A stretch of DNA of 59,300 nucleotides, counting the filler. It is 7 parts of 7 records of this genome, joined end to end, with 100 filler letters (N's around TTAATTAATTAA, not from the genome) between each part and the next. Parts side by side here need not be neighbours in the genome. Positions count along the whole stretch, not along the records: positions 1 to 8,469 come from SRR31147125_21274; positions 8,570 to 16,935 come from SRR31147125_21292; 5 more parts are not named here. One strand, given 5' to 3'. This document shows, one piece after another, positions 1-10,313 of the stretch. A program made the translations under genes and the position numbers. Each line of letters opens with the position of its first letter. Position 1 is the first letter of the stretch. A model generated the notes under the pieces. That model worked only from the letters and a program-made list of their open reading frames with translations. It had not been told where the DNA came from and ran no database searches.

Positions 1-1
1 T

Positions 2-874
2 TTTTCACAAACCCGGATAAAAAATGAAGCTGATTTATCAACATTTCTGGGTATACAGGCATTTGAACAATCGTCTCCTGAAATAGCTATTCAAGCCATG
101 AGTGAGCAATTTTTTGTTTTATTACACGATTTGCAGCAGGCAAAGATCAAAACCATGGAAGAGTGGGAAAACTTTTATACTGGCGATATAAATCAGGTAG
201 ATTTTAATCCATATGCCTTCGATCAGTCATTTATCGAGAATCTGCCTGCACATCCGGGCGTGTATATCATGAAAAATGATAGAGATGAAATTATTTATAT
301 TGGCAAAGCCAAAAAGCTCGTTCAAAGGATCTCTTCATATTTTCTTGCCACATCTCAAATGGATGCTAAATTAAATAAAATCCGTCAACAATTATATCAA
401 ATCGAGATTGAACAAACCGGAACCGAGTTGGAAGCCTTGCTACGGGAGTATGAATTGATAAAAAAATACGATCCCCCTATTAACAGGCAAATTCACGTTC
501 ACAGGCGAACAAAAAAACAAAAAATTCTTTACAGCCGGATACTCATCTGCCCTGCAGCCGAAAATGATCAGGTAAAACTCTTTTTATTCGAACCGGACAT
601 TGGAGTAAAAGTTTTTGATCTACAAAAAGACAGATCGAACGATAACCAAATCAAAACCATAGTAAATCAGATATATTTCTCTGGTGAAAAACAACTACAA
701 CACAATTCCGATTTTGAAAATGTTGAAATTCTTACCAGTTGGCTGGCATTAAATGAAGAAAAAGTAAATAGCATAGATATGAGAAAAGTGTCTTCATTAA
801 ATGAATGCATGCGTCTTATAAATGATCATGTAAAAAGCCTTGACAACAGTCATGAGCGGGTAATCCACTATTAA
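2..874 (+). CDS. GIY-YIG nuclease domain protein (UvrC/Cho-like), 5'-truncated
   Basis: Motifs LPAHPGVYIMK..IIYIGKAKKL..RISSYF and ELEALLREYELIKKYDPPIN are typical of the UvrC N-terminal GIY-YIG domain. The frame is open from position 2, so the ATG at 98 is probably internal. Confidence 0.85.
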   Translation, partial: FSQTRIKNEADLSTFLGIQAFEQSSPEIAIQAMSEQFFVLLHDLQQAKIKTMEEWENFYTGDINQVDFNPYAFDQSFIENLPAHPGVYIMKNDRDEIIYIGKAKKLVQRISSYFLATSQMDAKLNKIRQQLYQIEIEQTGTELEALLREYELIKKYDPPINRQIHVHRRTKKQKILYSRILICPAAENDQVKLFLFEPDIGVKVFDLQKDRSNDNQIKTIVNQIYFSGEKQLQHNSDFENVEILTSWLALNEEKVNSIDMRKVSSLNECMRLINDHVKSLDNSHERVIHY

Positions 875-917
875 TTCATACTGCTCATTCATTTTATTGA
901 ACAGAAAGTGCATATGA

Positions 918-2687
918 ATGCCCAATTTTGTTTTTAAATATATTCTTGTGCTTGCCTTTATTTTATTTAATAACCTGCCTCTTTTTGCACAACACATTTT
1001 TTATTCATTAAGTGTAGATGAAGACCTGTACCATACCCTAAAAGTAGAAATTCATGTTACAGCACCGGGAAAAGATCGCCTGGTTTTTTCAATGCCAATC
1101 TGGATTCCAGGCACCTATTTTGCAGGTCATTATGGAAACAATGTCATAAATTTTAAGGCATATGAAGAACAGGGCAAAAGTGTACCGTTTGAAAAACTAT
1201 CTACCCATGACTGGGAGGTGAAAAAGGGGGAAAATCAAAAAATAATTGTTTCCTATGAAGTTATAGCATCAAAAGACACTTTTATCGGCGTGCCTCTGGA
1301 TTCAACCGGGGCATTAATTCAGGGTGCATCAACCTGGATGTATATTCGCAGTCTTGAAAACTGCCCTACTGTTGTTTCCATAATCCCGCCTTCAAAGTGG
1401 GACATTGCAACCGCACTGACTCTGACGGATTCAGTTTTTCAGTTTCACGCACAAAACTATGACGAACTGGCAGACTGTCCTATTATGATGGGCTGTTTAA
1501 AGGATACAACTGCCTATATTTTCAATAAACCTCACCAATTCTATTTCCGGGGAGAAGCCAGTTTCAACCTCAAAGACTTTATCCTTATGATGCGTAAAAT
1601 TATTACATTCCAAATAAACTTGTTTGGAAATGCGCCTTATAATCGCTATGTTTTCCAATACATTCTAACACCTGGCTTCAGGGGAAGGGGTGGATTGGAA
1701 CATGCCAGCTCCACTTCGATTAATTTCCCTGCTGCCAAATTAAGTCAGGATATCACGTCCGTTGCCAATCTAAGCGCCCATGAATTTTTTCATACCTGGA
1801 ACGTGAAAAGCATAACAAGTGAAAAGTTATTACCTTTGCGTTATGATCGGGAAGCCAGATTAGAATCGCTCTGGTGGCTTGAAGGTGTTACAAGCTATTA
1901 TGCCGATTTAACCCTGGTTCGAACACACATCTGGTCCAGAGATTATTTTTTCAGTCTACTTGAAAAAGAGATTGAACTTTTGAGGCAAAATCCGGATCAT
2001 CTCAAAACAAGCCTGGCTGAGGCGAGTTGGAAAATATGGGAAACCGGCTACAGGAGTGGTGGCATTTCCTATTACAATAAAGGTAAACTGGTTGGTTTGT
2101 TACTGGACTTGATGATTCGCAATGTAACTCAAAATCAAAAATCTCTTGATGATGTGTGTCGATATCTCTATCAAAATTATGCACTAAAAAATAAAGGTTT
2201 TCCAGACAATGAACTGCACAAAGTTATTGAAAGAATAACCAATAAAAACTTTACTCCGTTTTTCGATCGATATATTAACGGAACTGTAGAATTGCCGTAT
2301 CAAAACATTCTGAAAATCGCAGGACTTGATGTAAAACTCAATACAACATTAAAACCGTCCATCGGCACACTCAGGATTTTAGGTCCGCAGAATAAGATTT
2401 ATTCTATCGAACCCAATAGTGCTGCTGCCCGGGCTGGCTTGAGACGCGGCGATTTACTCTTGATAGCAGATGGCATAACGATATCCAATCATAAGGATTT
2501 AGCTAAAATCATATCTCAAAAAACAATTGGAGATAATCTGGATTTAACGATTATAAGAAATGGTACAGAGATCAAATTAAACGTTATAGTTGAGAGTCAT
2601 GCAAATATAGATTGCCAAATTGATACCATAAAGAATCCAACAAAAGAACAATTACGTATTCAAAACAGGTGGTTGAATACCAGGTAA
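918..2687 (+). CDS. M61 family glycyl aminopeptidase with C-terminal PDZ domain
   Basis: Signal peptide; MPIWIPGTY, GGLEH, HEFFHTWN (HExxH), WWLEGVTSYY, SYYNKG; PDZ-like SAAARAGLRRGD. Confidence 0.92.
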   Translation: MPNFVFKYILVLAFILFNNLPLFAQHIFYSLSVDEDLYHTLKVEIHVTAPGKDRLVFSMPIWIPGTYFAGHYGNNVINFKAYEEQGKSVPFEKLSTHDWEVKKGENQKIIVSYEVIASKDTFIGVPLDSTGALIQGASTWMYIRSLENCPTVVSIIPPSKWDIATALTLTDSVFQFHAQNYDELADCPIMMGCLKDTTAYIFNKPHQFYFRGEASFNLKDFILMMRKIITFQINLFGNAPYNRYVFQYILTPGFRGRGGLEHASSTSINFPAAKLSQDITSVANLSAHEFFHTWNVKSITSEKLLPLRYDREARLESLWWLEGVTSYYADLTLVRTHIWSRDYFFSLLEKEIELLRQNPDHLKTSLAEASWKIWETGYRSGGISYYNKGKLVGLLLDLMIRNVTQNQKSLDDVCRYLYQNYALKNKGFPDNELHKVIERITNKNFTPFFDRYINGTVELPYQNILKIAGLDVKLNTTLKPSIGTLRILGPQNKIYSIEPNSAAARAGLRRGDLLLIADGITISNHKDLAKIISQKTIGDNLDLTIIRNGTEIKLNVIVESHANIDCQIDTIKNPTKEQLRIQNRWLNTR

Positions 2688-2688
2688 G

Positions 2689-3900
2689 ATGATATTGAGA
2701 TTATATATATTATTAAGCTTTATGACAATTTATCTGATTCCTTTTCAAGGAATCGCACAAATCCCCTCTCCTGAAAAGATCATTGGTTTCAGACCGGGTG
2801 CTGATTTTCACCTGGCAAATTATGAAACGATCTTGTCTTATTTCAGGATCCTGGAGAAACAATCGCCAAATATAAAACTACAGGAAATCGGCCTGACCAC
2901 GGAAGGTCGTCCACTTGTAGTCGCATTAATCAGCTCTTCTCAAAATCTTTCACAGGCAACACACATTATCGAAACACAAGAACAACTCTCTGATGCACGA
3001 AAAACCATTGGTGCGCAGGCCCGTAGAATTACAAGATATGCCAAAGCCGTCGTTGTTTTAAACTGCTCCATACATCCGGAAGAAATTGGTCCATCTCAAA
3101 TGTCCATGGAACTGGCATATCGCCTTGTAACAGGGACGTCCCCGGAAATCAAGGCTATTTTGAACAATGTTGTCCTCATTTTAACACCGGCACAGAATCC
3201 CGATGGTCTGGATAAAGTGATAAAATGGTACGAGTACTACAAGGGGACAAGATTCGAAGCCGGCCCCTTTCCTTTTTTAACCCACAAGTATAGCGGGCAG
3301 GAAATCAATCGCGACTGGTTTGCTTTGACACAAAAAGAAACAGCCCTGACCGTTGAAAAAGTTTATAATGAATGGCGGCCTCATATTGTTGTCGATTTTC
3401 ATCAAATGACATCCTACGGACCACGTATGTTTGTCCCGCCCTATCTGGATCCCTATGATCAGACCATTGATCCAATTACACAGACAGAAATGGCTGCTTT
3501 AGGAACAAATATCGCTACAGATCTTATCGTACGCGGTAACATTGGTGTGGCTTTTCATGTTATTTTTGATTCTTTCTCCCTTTCACGTTCCTATACGAAC
3601 CATCATGGTGGTATCCGCATACTCGGTGAAATCGCTTCCGCAAAATGTGCCAGTCCAGTAACTGTGTCAAAAGACTTTTTCATGAAAAGTTCCGACTTTG
3701 ATCCTGCAGTGAGAGCCTGGAATAATCCAATGCCATGGAAGGGTGGTACATGGCACCTGAGCCATATTGTTGATTATGCTATAAATACATCCTTTTCCGT
3801 ATTGGGATATGCTGCGAGAAACAGACAAAACTTACTTTTAAATGCTTACAAAGTAGCTCAACGTCAGATCCAACAATCGGAAGAGAACACTTTTTCTTAA
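2689..3900 (+). CDS. M14 zinc carboxypeptidase, N-terminal part (frameshifted, continues in 3939-5237)
   Basis: SIHPEE (HxxE), NPDG, NRDW, DFHQM zinc/substrate motifs. The stop follows a T run at about 3891-3895 where the -1 frame continues FLIPSHQHD. Confidence 0.85.
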   Translation: MILRLYILLSFMTIYLIPFQGIAQIPSPEKIIGFRPGADFHLANYETILSYFRILEKQSPNIKLQEIGLTTEGRPLVVALISSSQNLSQATHIIETQEQLSDARKTIGAQARRITRYAKAVVVLNCSIHPEEIGPSQMSMELAYRLVTGTSPEIKAILNNVVLILTPAQNPDGLDKVIKWYEYYKGTRFEAGPFPFLTHKYSGQEINRDWFALTQKETALTVEKVYNEWRPHIVVDFHQMTSYGPRMFVPPYLDPYDQTIDPITQTEMAALGTNIATDLIVRGNIGVAFHVIFDSFSLSRSYTNHHGGIRILGEIASAKCASPVTVSKDFFMKSSDFDPAVRAWNNPMPWKGGTWHLSHIVDYAINTSFSVLGYAARNRQNLLLNAYKVAQRQIQQSEENTFS

Positions 3901-3938
3901 TACCATCGCACCAACATGATTCTTATGCACTATATCAA

Positions 3939-5237
3939 TTGTTGTCCCTGTTAAAAACAGGTCTGGTGGAAATTTACCAGGCTCAAAAATCCATAATCGT
4001 AAAGGACTCACTTTATCCTAAAGGCATGTTTATAATACCAACGAATCAACCTTATGGACATTATGCCCAATCATTACTCGAGGCACGTCCTTTTCCATCC
4101 AGAAAAACAAATAACACAACAATACCATTAAAACCATACGATGTCACAACACATAATCTGCCTTACCTGTTCGGTGTAAAATCTATCACTCAAAAAGGTG
4201 ACATTGATCTGGATATTGTTAAAGTGAACACTCTTTTACCACCTGATGGCAAGGTACATGGCACGACAAAGGGCAATGGATTCTTTTTAAATTATAACTC
4301 AAATCAGGCTTATAAAGCTCTGCAACAACTTTATAATGAACCGGGTGAACTTTATTGGCTCGCTGATTCAATAACTAACTCTCAACAAAAACTACCGCCC
4401 GGGACTATTTGGCTAAAAAACGAAAATATTTCTTTAATGAGACAAATTGCAAAAAAGTGGCATGTTCAAATTTATCCGGCCACTAAATTTGCTTCTTTGC
4501 ATGCATTCAAGCTTAACAAACCCGAAATCGGTCTCTACCAAAGTCATTTAGCGCCTGTCGATGAAGGCTGGACACGTTTCGTATTAGAGCAATACGGTGT
4601 GGAGTATACGATCCTGAAAGATGAGCACATTAAATCTGGCGATTTAGCCAAAGAATTTGACGCGATTATAATACCAGATCAATCCGTTGAAAACCTGGTT
4701 TATGGAACTTCGATTAACGAAATGCCACTAAAGTATTGTGGCGGAATAGGTTTTGAAGGTGTCGAACAATTAAAAAAGTTCGTATCTAAGAATGGCACGC
4801 TGATATTATTAAACTCCGCATCAGGTTTAGCCTCAAGATACTTTGGACTTGGTGTCAGGAACATCGTCAAAGATCTGGACAATCACAACTATTACGTCCC
4901 TGGTTCTCTTTTAAAGGCGATCGTAAACACATCTCATCCACTGGGTTATGGCTTACCCGGAGAAATAGCCATCTTTAACTATAATAGCCCTGTTTTTGAG
5001 ATAACCACAGGAGAATCCGTCGCATATTATGCCCCTAAAAATCTCTTATTGAGTGGATGGCTAACAGGTGAACGACATATTGCACTCAAAACAGTTGTTA
5101 CGGCAATCCCATTCGAAAACGGCGAACTAATATTATTAGGCTTGAGACCACAATTTCGTGCTCAAACCATTGGCACTTTTAAACTATTATTTAATGCGTT
5201 AATAAAAAGCAAAACAAAAAAAATGATAATTCCATAA
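3939..5237 (+). CDS. M14 zinc carboxypeptidase, C-terminal part (class I GATase-like domain)
   Basis: IIPTNQPYG, PYDVT, DEGWTRFVLEQY, FDAIIIPD and RPQFRAQT are typical of the C-terminal half of long bacterial M14 proteins. The frame is open back to about 3890. Confidence 0.8.
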   Translation: MLSLLKTGLVEIYQAQKSIIVKDSLYPKGMFIIPTNQPYGHYAQSLLEARPFPSRKTNNTTIPLKPYDVTTHNLPYLFGVKSITQKGDIDLDIVKVNTLLPPDGKVHGTTKGNGFFLNYNSNQAYKALQQLYNEPGELYWLADSITNSQQKLPPGTIWLKNENISLMRQIAKKWHVQIYPATKFASLHAFKLNKPEIGLYQSHLAPVDEGWTRFVLEQYGVEYTILKDEHIKSGDLAKEFDAIIIPDQSVENLVYGTSINEMPLKYCGGIGFEGVEQLKKFVSKNGTLILLNSASGLASRYFGLGVRNIVKDLDNHNYYVPGSLLKAIVNTSHPLGYGLPGEIAIFNYNSPVFEITTGESVAYYAPKNLLLSGWLTGERHIALKTVVTAIPFENGELILLGLRPQFRAQTIGTFKLLFNALIKSKTKKMIIP

Positions 5238-5269
5238 GTAATAAATTCATTTAAATTGGCGGGTGAAAT

Positions 5270-5989
5270 ATGGAAGAGAAAATCAGTCCATTTGTGGAAA
5301 CACACAAGCCCTGGATTATTCGCAAAGCCATAGCAGACTATTTACGGGCAAAAAACATGTTCGCTAATATGGACAGGGAACGCAATTCAAAACATAAGGT
5401 GGTCTTTGAAAATCTCAAGAAACTGACCGATTTACTCTATAATATAAAGGAAGACCTTCATCTCATTTTCAAAAGGTTGATCGATCCAAAACAAAGAATC
5501 TTTGAGGAATCAGACAAATACACGCCTAATCAGCATGAAACCGAGTTTATTAACAATGTTGGCTTGCTTTTTCATAAATTGATGGTCGCGCGAGAACTTC
5601 ACTACGTCATGGAACATTATGCCGTGGATAGCGAAGATTTTCAGGAATCATTTGAATCTTTTGAAGCTTATTGGCAAAGAATGAAATCACTCTTTGAAGA
5701 TGGCATTGAATTGATAAAATTAATGCTAAAAGGCTATAGTAATAATATAGTGATCATCTCCTATCTGATTGAAAACGATCGTTATGTACAGGAATCTTTT
5801 GGGGAAAAAACGATGACATTATTAGAACGTATATTCGGAAAAGACAAATTGGACCAGACATATGTCTACGTTGGTGAATATTGCATAAAAAGTGGCTGGG
5901 AAGATCGTGCACGTAAAGTATTGGCAGATGCTCTTAAACTAAATCCACAGAACGAACAAGCTAACCGGTTAATGAATGCCATAACGTAA
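5270..5989 (+). CDS. hypothetical helical protein with a C-terminal TPR-like motif
   Basis: 239-aa ORF following the peptidases; C-terminus ARKVLADALKLNPQN is TPR-like. Confidence 0.7.
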   Translation: MEEKISPFVETHKPWIIRKAIADYLRAKNMFANMDRERNSKHKVVFENLKKLTDLLYNIKEDLHLIFKRLIDPKQRIFEESDKYTPNQHETEFINNVGLLFHKLMVARELHYVMEHYAVDSEDFQESFESFEAYWQRMKSLFEDGIELIKLMLKGYSNNIVIISYLIENDRYVQESFGEKTMTLLERIFGKDKLDQTYVYVGEYCIKSGWEDRARKVLADALKLNPQNEQANRLMNAIT

Positions 5990-6059
5990 CAATTAATGGA
6001 AGAATAAACAAAAACAAGTTGTTTACAATCTTAAATATTCGGAAAATATAAAAATCAAG

Positions 6060-6088
6060 TTGATTTATATACTAAAATATATTACTTT
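6060..6088 (+). promoter_or_regulatory. putative sigma70 promoter for the STAS gene
   Basis: TTGATT (6060-6065), 17 nt, TACTTT (6083-6088), about 50 nt before GAGGAG and ATG 6137. Confidence 0.45.
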
Positions 6089-6136
6089 TTTGTGTTAGAA
6101 ACTCACACGAAATTTGAATCGATCGAGGAGATAAAA

Positions 6137-6478
6137 ATGCAGATTAAAGAACAACTACAAAATGGTGTTGCGATTATTGAATTAAAAGGCAAACTAATGG
6201 GTGGTCCTGAAACAACGGGAATCCATGAAAAAGTCAAAGAATTAGTATCAAATGACATTAACAAGGTTGTTATTGATCTGGCAAAAGTAACATGGATGAA
6301 TAGTACAGGTCTCGGAGCATTAATGGGTTCAATGACATCATTGCGAAATGCTGAGGGAGATTTGAAACTATCAAGAGTTACTGAAAAAGTTAAAAGCTTG
6401 TTCATGATAACCAAATTAATTACCATTTTTGAAACCTATGAATCTATTGAAGAGGCTGTTGAAGCTTTTAATAAATAA
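6137..6478 (+). CDS. STAS domain anti-sigma factor antagonist (RsbV/SpoIIAA-like)
   Basis: LKGKLMGG, VVIDLAKVTWMNSTGLGAL (phosphorylatable Ser motif), ITKLITIFETY; GAGGAG RBS before ATG 6137. Confidence 0.92.
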   Translation: MQIKEQLQNGVAIIELKGKLMGGPETTGIHEKVKELVSNDINKVVIDLAKVTWMNSTGLGALMGSMTSLRNAEGDLKLSRVTEKVKSLFMITKLITIFETYESIEEAVEAFNK

Positions 6479-6548
6479 GCCAATACAGAATATATATTAA
6501 CCCCATATCAGAATGCACTGATATGGGGTGTTTTTGAAAGGATCGCCT

Positions 6549-8469
6549 ATGACACGCATAATTAATGGGCATAACTTTCTGATATTGCTTCTAATCCCAC
6601 TTCTTGCACTGGCTCCACTCGCCACTGAATCGAAAAGCCAATCAGATTTACAACGTGATTTAGATCCTGTTATCTTCACCGGAGAATCCATACCCAACCT
6701 GCTCAACCTTTCCGTAGATAATATCAAGGTCTTTTCATACAATGCCCAATCGGATACATGGAGTTCAATCCCTTTCCAGGTGGATGAACGACAGCAGGAT
6801 GGAAATTATTTTGGTACAAATGACGGAATACTAAACAATTTTGATGAAATCATACTACTCGCCAGAGACATGGGAGATATGGCTCCGGATGACCAATCCT
6901 GGCCGGATGATATTGAATCAAAGCAATATATAAGATATGAAATTGCGGCAACAAATCCGGCCTCAAACGAAAAAGCCTATGCTTATATCTTTTATTCCCC
7001 AACATTGGGAAAAAATGTGACATCCTATGTCAGCTATAACAATGATCGCATCTCTGCATCTACCTATGGCGTTTCTCACAAACCAAATATTGCCAGTGGA
7101 CTCCCGGATTCCATTGCAATTCCGGCATCTGCAGGAGGTGATGGTATTGATTTCCTGGATCGTCAGCGCATCCGACTCGAATTAACTGCCAGTATATCCG
7201 GTATTTCCATTGGAATTCCTGCCATTAAAGAAAATATGGATGAGGATATATCTTTCGGAATTCTCGGCAGCATTAATCTAAAGGTTTCCCAAAAAGAATT
7301 CTCTTATATCTCAGGGCCACTACGGATTAAACGTAAGAACGTTTTGCTAATAGAAGTTAAAGGCAGTGTGGCCGGAAATTCTATTGATGCAACAGAAACG
7401 TTATCGCTTACCTATACCTATTATCCCTGGTACATTGAATTATCAAGTGAAGGCAGAGAAATACCGGTCATTGAACCTGGAGGGGATGCCGAGGCAAGAT
7501 TAAAAAAAATGTCCCTCTCTAATGCCCTGAGCAGCAATGGTTTTGGTATGATATATTATAGCGAAAAAGTACCCAAGGGTATCCGAGTTAATGATGTGCT
7601 ACATGAGGGTTATGTTGGTGGAATTACAGGCGAATGGCCTGGCAAACATTGGTTTGCCGAAGTTGCTGATCCCAATTATGAAGGCAGTATTCTTAATAAC
7701 GCGACACTTTTTACCATTATCGATTTGAGAGGCGATCCCGTAGGTAGTGAACAAGCCATGATTTTCCAGGAATATGACGAGCTTGACGGATATCGTGTTT
7801 ATGGAAATGCGGGTTTGCAGTTTGTCTCCAACACGGGTTCGATCGCAGGGGCATTGGATGTTTTTATGAAAAATTATTACCTTGGTGAAAATTACAATTA
7901 CGATCAGCTTGTTTCCTTGTTCAACACGTATTCTGTACCACTTGTTATTAACACATCAGAACAGGTGAATGATCATGTTGCACCTGCCAAAACAAATGAT
8001 CTCGCAGTGACCTTTGTTGATGAAACCACAGCAACTCTGGCCTGGACCGTTCCGGCTGATGATGGGAGTGAAGGCCTGGCACCCCGGCAATATATTATAA
8101 GATATAGCACGACTGTCCCTGTTGGCGATAATGACTGGGATTGGTGGAGTTCAGCCATGACCCTTCCATCTCCTCCTGAACCGACCGCAGCAGGCACGCA
8201 ACAGAGCATTACTGTCAGCGACCTGGATCCAAGTACCGTTTATTATTTTATGATAAGAACGGCAGATGAAGTGCCAAATTGGTCTGATTTATCTAATCCG
8301 GCATCCGGAGTGACAACTCCTGTTGAACTGCAGAGTTTTAATGCAAGACAATCAGGTAATAATGTGCTCCTGCAGTGGACAACAGCATCTGAATCGAATA
8401 ATCTGGGTTTTGCTGTTGAGCGTAAAAAAGAAAATGAAGGTTCCTGGCAGGAACGTGGCTTTGTCCAGG
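6549..8469 (+). CDS. secreted protein with a fibronectin type III domain and PVEL-type C-terminal module, 3'-truncated
   Basis: Signal peptide; Fn3 (ATLAWTVP...DLDPSTVYYFMIRTADE..NWSDLSN); TPVELQSFNA..VLLQWTTASESNNLGFAVER usually precedes a T9SS type-A/FlgD tail; runs into the contig gap. Confidence 0.75.
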
Positions 8470-8569
8470 NNNNNNNNNNNNNNNNNNNNNNNNNNNNNNN
8501 NNNNNNNNNNNNNTTAATTAATTAANNNNNNNNNNNNNNNNNNNNNNNNNNNNNNNNNNNNNNNNNNNN
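8470..8569. other. artificial contig spacer (N44-TTAATTAATTAA-N44)
   Basis: 100-nt N block with an all-frame stop linker, identical at six positions. Confidence 0.98.
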
Positions 8570-8571
8570 AA

Positions 8572-9303
8572 GGACTTGAAAATGATATTCGCAATCATGT
8601 AGAAAAAGCAGCTGATAAAGAAGCAAAGTTATTCTACAGTTCAGCACTCCTGTCTGCTCAACGAATATATACATGCATCGAACACTACATCCAGGAAAGC
8701 AAGAAATTACCGGCATCAGATAAATCACGTCGAATGGAAGATGCACTTTCAGGATTGTTAAACCATGCACCTCACACATTTCATGAAGGGTTACAACTGG
8801 TACTGTTGGTTCAGTCTATGACCGGAACTATTAATTTTGGACGTTTAGATACAGCTTTAGGACAGTTACTAGTTGATGATCTTAATGAAGAAAGATTAAC
8901 GTGGGAAGAATCCCTTGAGCTGATGCAAAATTTCTACACCATTATAGATGAAGAGATTTGGCATTTTGATGGAAGAATAACAATTGGAGGAATGGGGCGT
9001 AGCAATGAAGCGGCTGCAGATAAATTCGCATTATTGTGCATGGAAACAACAGATATCATGAGCCTCCCCATGCCACAATTGACCTTAAGGTTTTATGAAG
9101 GTCAAAATACAGAACTAATCAACAAAGCATATCAAGTTATAAGTAATGGAAAAACATTCCCAATGCTTTATAACGACGACATTAATATACCTGCAGTACA
9201 GAAATCTTTTAATATTGACCGTAAAACCGCTGAACAGTACATCCCATTTGGATGCGGTGAATATATGATTGAGAAAGAAGCTGTGGGACTCCCAACTTTA
9301 TAA
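8572..9303 (+). CDS. glycyl radical enzyme (PFL-like family), middle part, 5'-truncated and frameshifted
   Basis: APHTFHEGLQ, NFGRLD, ITIGGMG, PQLTLR, PMLYNDD and Cys loop PFGCGEY. The frame is open from the contig edge; the -1 frame continues GTPNFIINLQMCLELA at about 9285. Confidence 0.88.
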   Translation, partial: GLENDIRNHVEKAADKEAKLFYSSALLSAQRIYTCIEHYIQESKKLPASDKSRRMEDALSGLLNHAPHTFHEGLQLVLLVQSMTGTINFGRLDTALGQLLVDDLNEERLTWEESLELMQNFYTIIDEEIWHFDGRITIGGMGRSNEAAADKFALLCMETTDIMSLPMPQLTLRFYEGQNTELINKAYQVISNGKTFPMLYNDDINIPAVQKSFNIDRKTAEQYIPFGCGEYMIEKEAVGLPTL

Positions 9304-9314
9304 TCAATCTCCAA

Positions 9315-10313
9315 ATGTGCCTTGAATTGGCGATGAATAATGGAAAATTAATTCGTAATGGGAAGCAACTTTCTCCAAACTATGGAAGCATTAAAGATTA
9401 TTATGAATTTAAACAGCTTTGGGAGGCTTACGATAAAACAGTAACCAATTTCATAGAAGCTGGAGTCGAGGCTCAATATCAAACATACAAGACTACAGGA
9501 AATAATTGTCCTTTTTCGTTAATAAGTGTTTTATACGAAGACTGTTTAAATAGAGGTAAATCCATATTCGACGGTGGTATTGAGTTTCTTGGAGGCACCA
9601 ATGAAACCTATGGAAATAACAATACATCAGACAGCTTAATAGCCATAAATGAACTTATCTATAAATCTCATAGACACTCTAGAGAAGATTTGCTTTCTGC
9701 CCTAAAAGCAAACTGGAAAGGATTTGAATCCATGCAAGAAGCGTTTAAAAATGCACCAAAATTTGGGAACGACAATGATATTGCTGATGAAATGCAAACT
9801 AAAGTCCACAATCACATCTGCAAGAAAACTGCCCAATCAATCTTAAAAACAAAACTCCACCATTTTCTGGTTGTTGTTATCAACAATAATCACAATACAC
9901 TATGGGGCAAACACACGTCAGCTTCTCCAGACGGGAGAAATCATGGCGAGCCATTAGCTCCAGGAAATGCTCCAGGAGCAGGCAGAGATAGAAATGGCCT
10001 AACTGCTTTATTAAATTCACAAGCTAAAGCCGATCCTTCTATTCACGCTGGAGCAGTTCAAAACATCAGAATATCATCAGAATTACCGAAGAAGAACAAG
10101 AAACTTTATGAGGCTCTTTTTAACACTTATTTCAAAATTGGTGGAACTCAGGCCATGATTACCGTAACAAACCGAAATGACCTGACTGCCGCCTTGAAAA
10201 CTCCTGAGAAGTACGCCAATCTTTTAGTTCGGGTTGGTGGCTTTTCTGCTAGGTTTATTGACTTGGACAAAACAACTCAACAAGAAATACTATCACGGAC
10301 TGAACATGAATAA
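9315..10313 (+). CDS. glycyl radical enzyme, C-terminal part with glycyl radical loop
   Basis: APKFGNDND, TSASPDGR..GEPLA, GLTALLNS, PEKYANLLVRVGGFSARF (RVxG glycyl radical motif). Confidence 0.92.
   Translation: MCLELAMNNGKLIRNGKQLSPNYGSIKDYYEFKQLWEAYDKTVTNFIEAGVEAQYQTYKTTGNNCPFSLISVLYEDCLNRGKSIFDGGIEFLGGTNETYGNNNTSDSLIAINELIYKSHRHSREDLLSALKANWKGFESMQEAFKNAPKFGNDNDIADEMQTKVHNHICKKTAQSILKTKLHHFLVVVINNNHNTLWGKHTSASPDGRNHGEPLAPGNAPGAGRDRNGLTALLNSQAKADPSIHAGAVQNIRISSELPKKNKKLYEALFNTYFKIGGTQAMITVTNRNDLTAALKTPEKYANLLVRVGGFSARFIDLDKTTQQEILSRTEHE

Noticed and set aside
6549..10313. Functional linkage of genes across spacers (e.g. Fn3 protein with GRE, LytS with glycosidase)
   Set aside because: They lie on different contigs, probably from different organisms.
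8572..10313. Calling the GRE pyruvate formate-lyase (pflB)
   Set aside because: It has a single-Cys GCGE loop, not the adjacent Cys-Cys of PFL.
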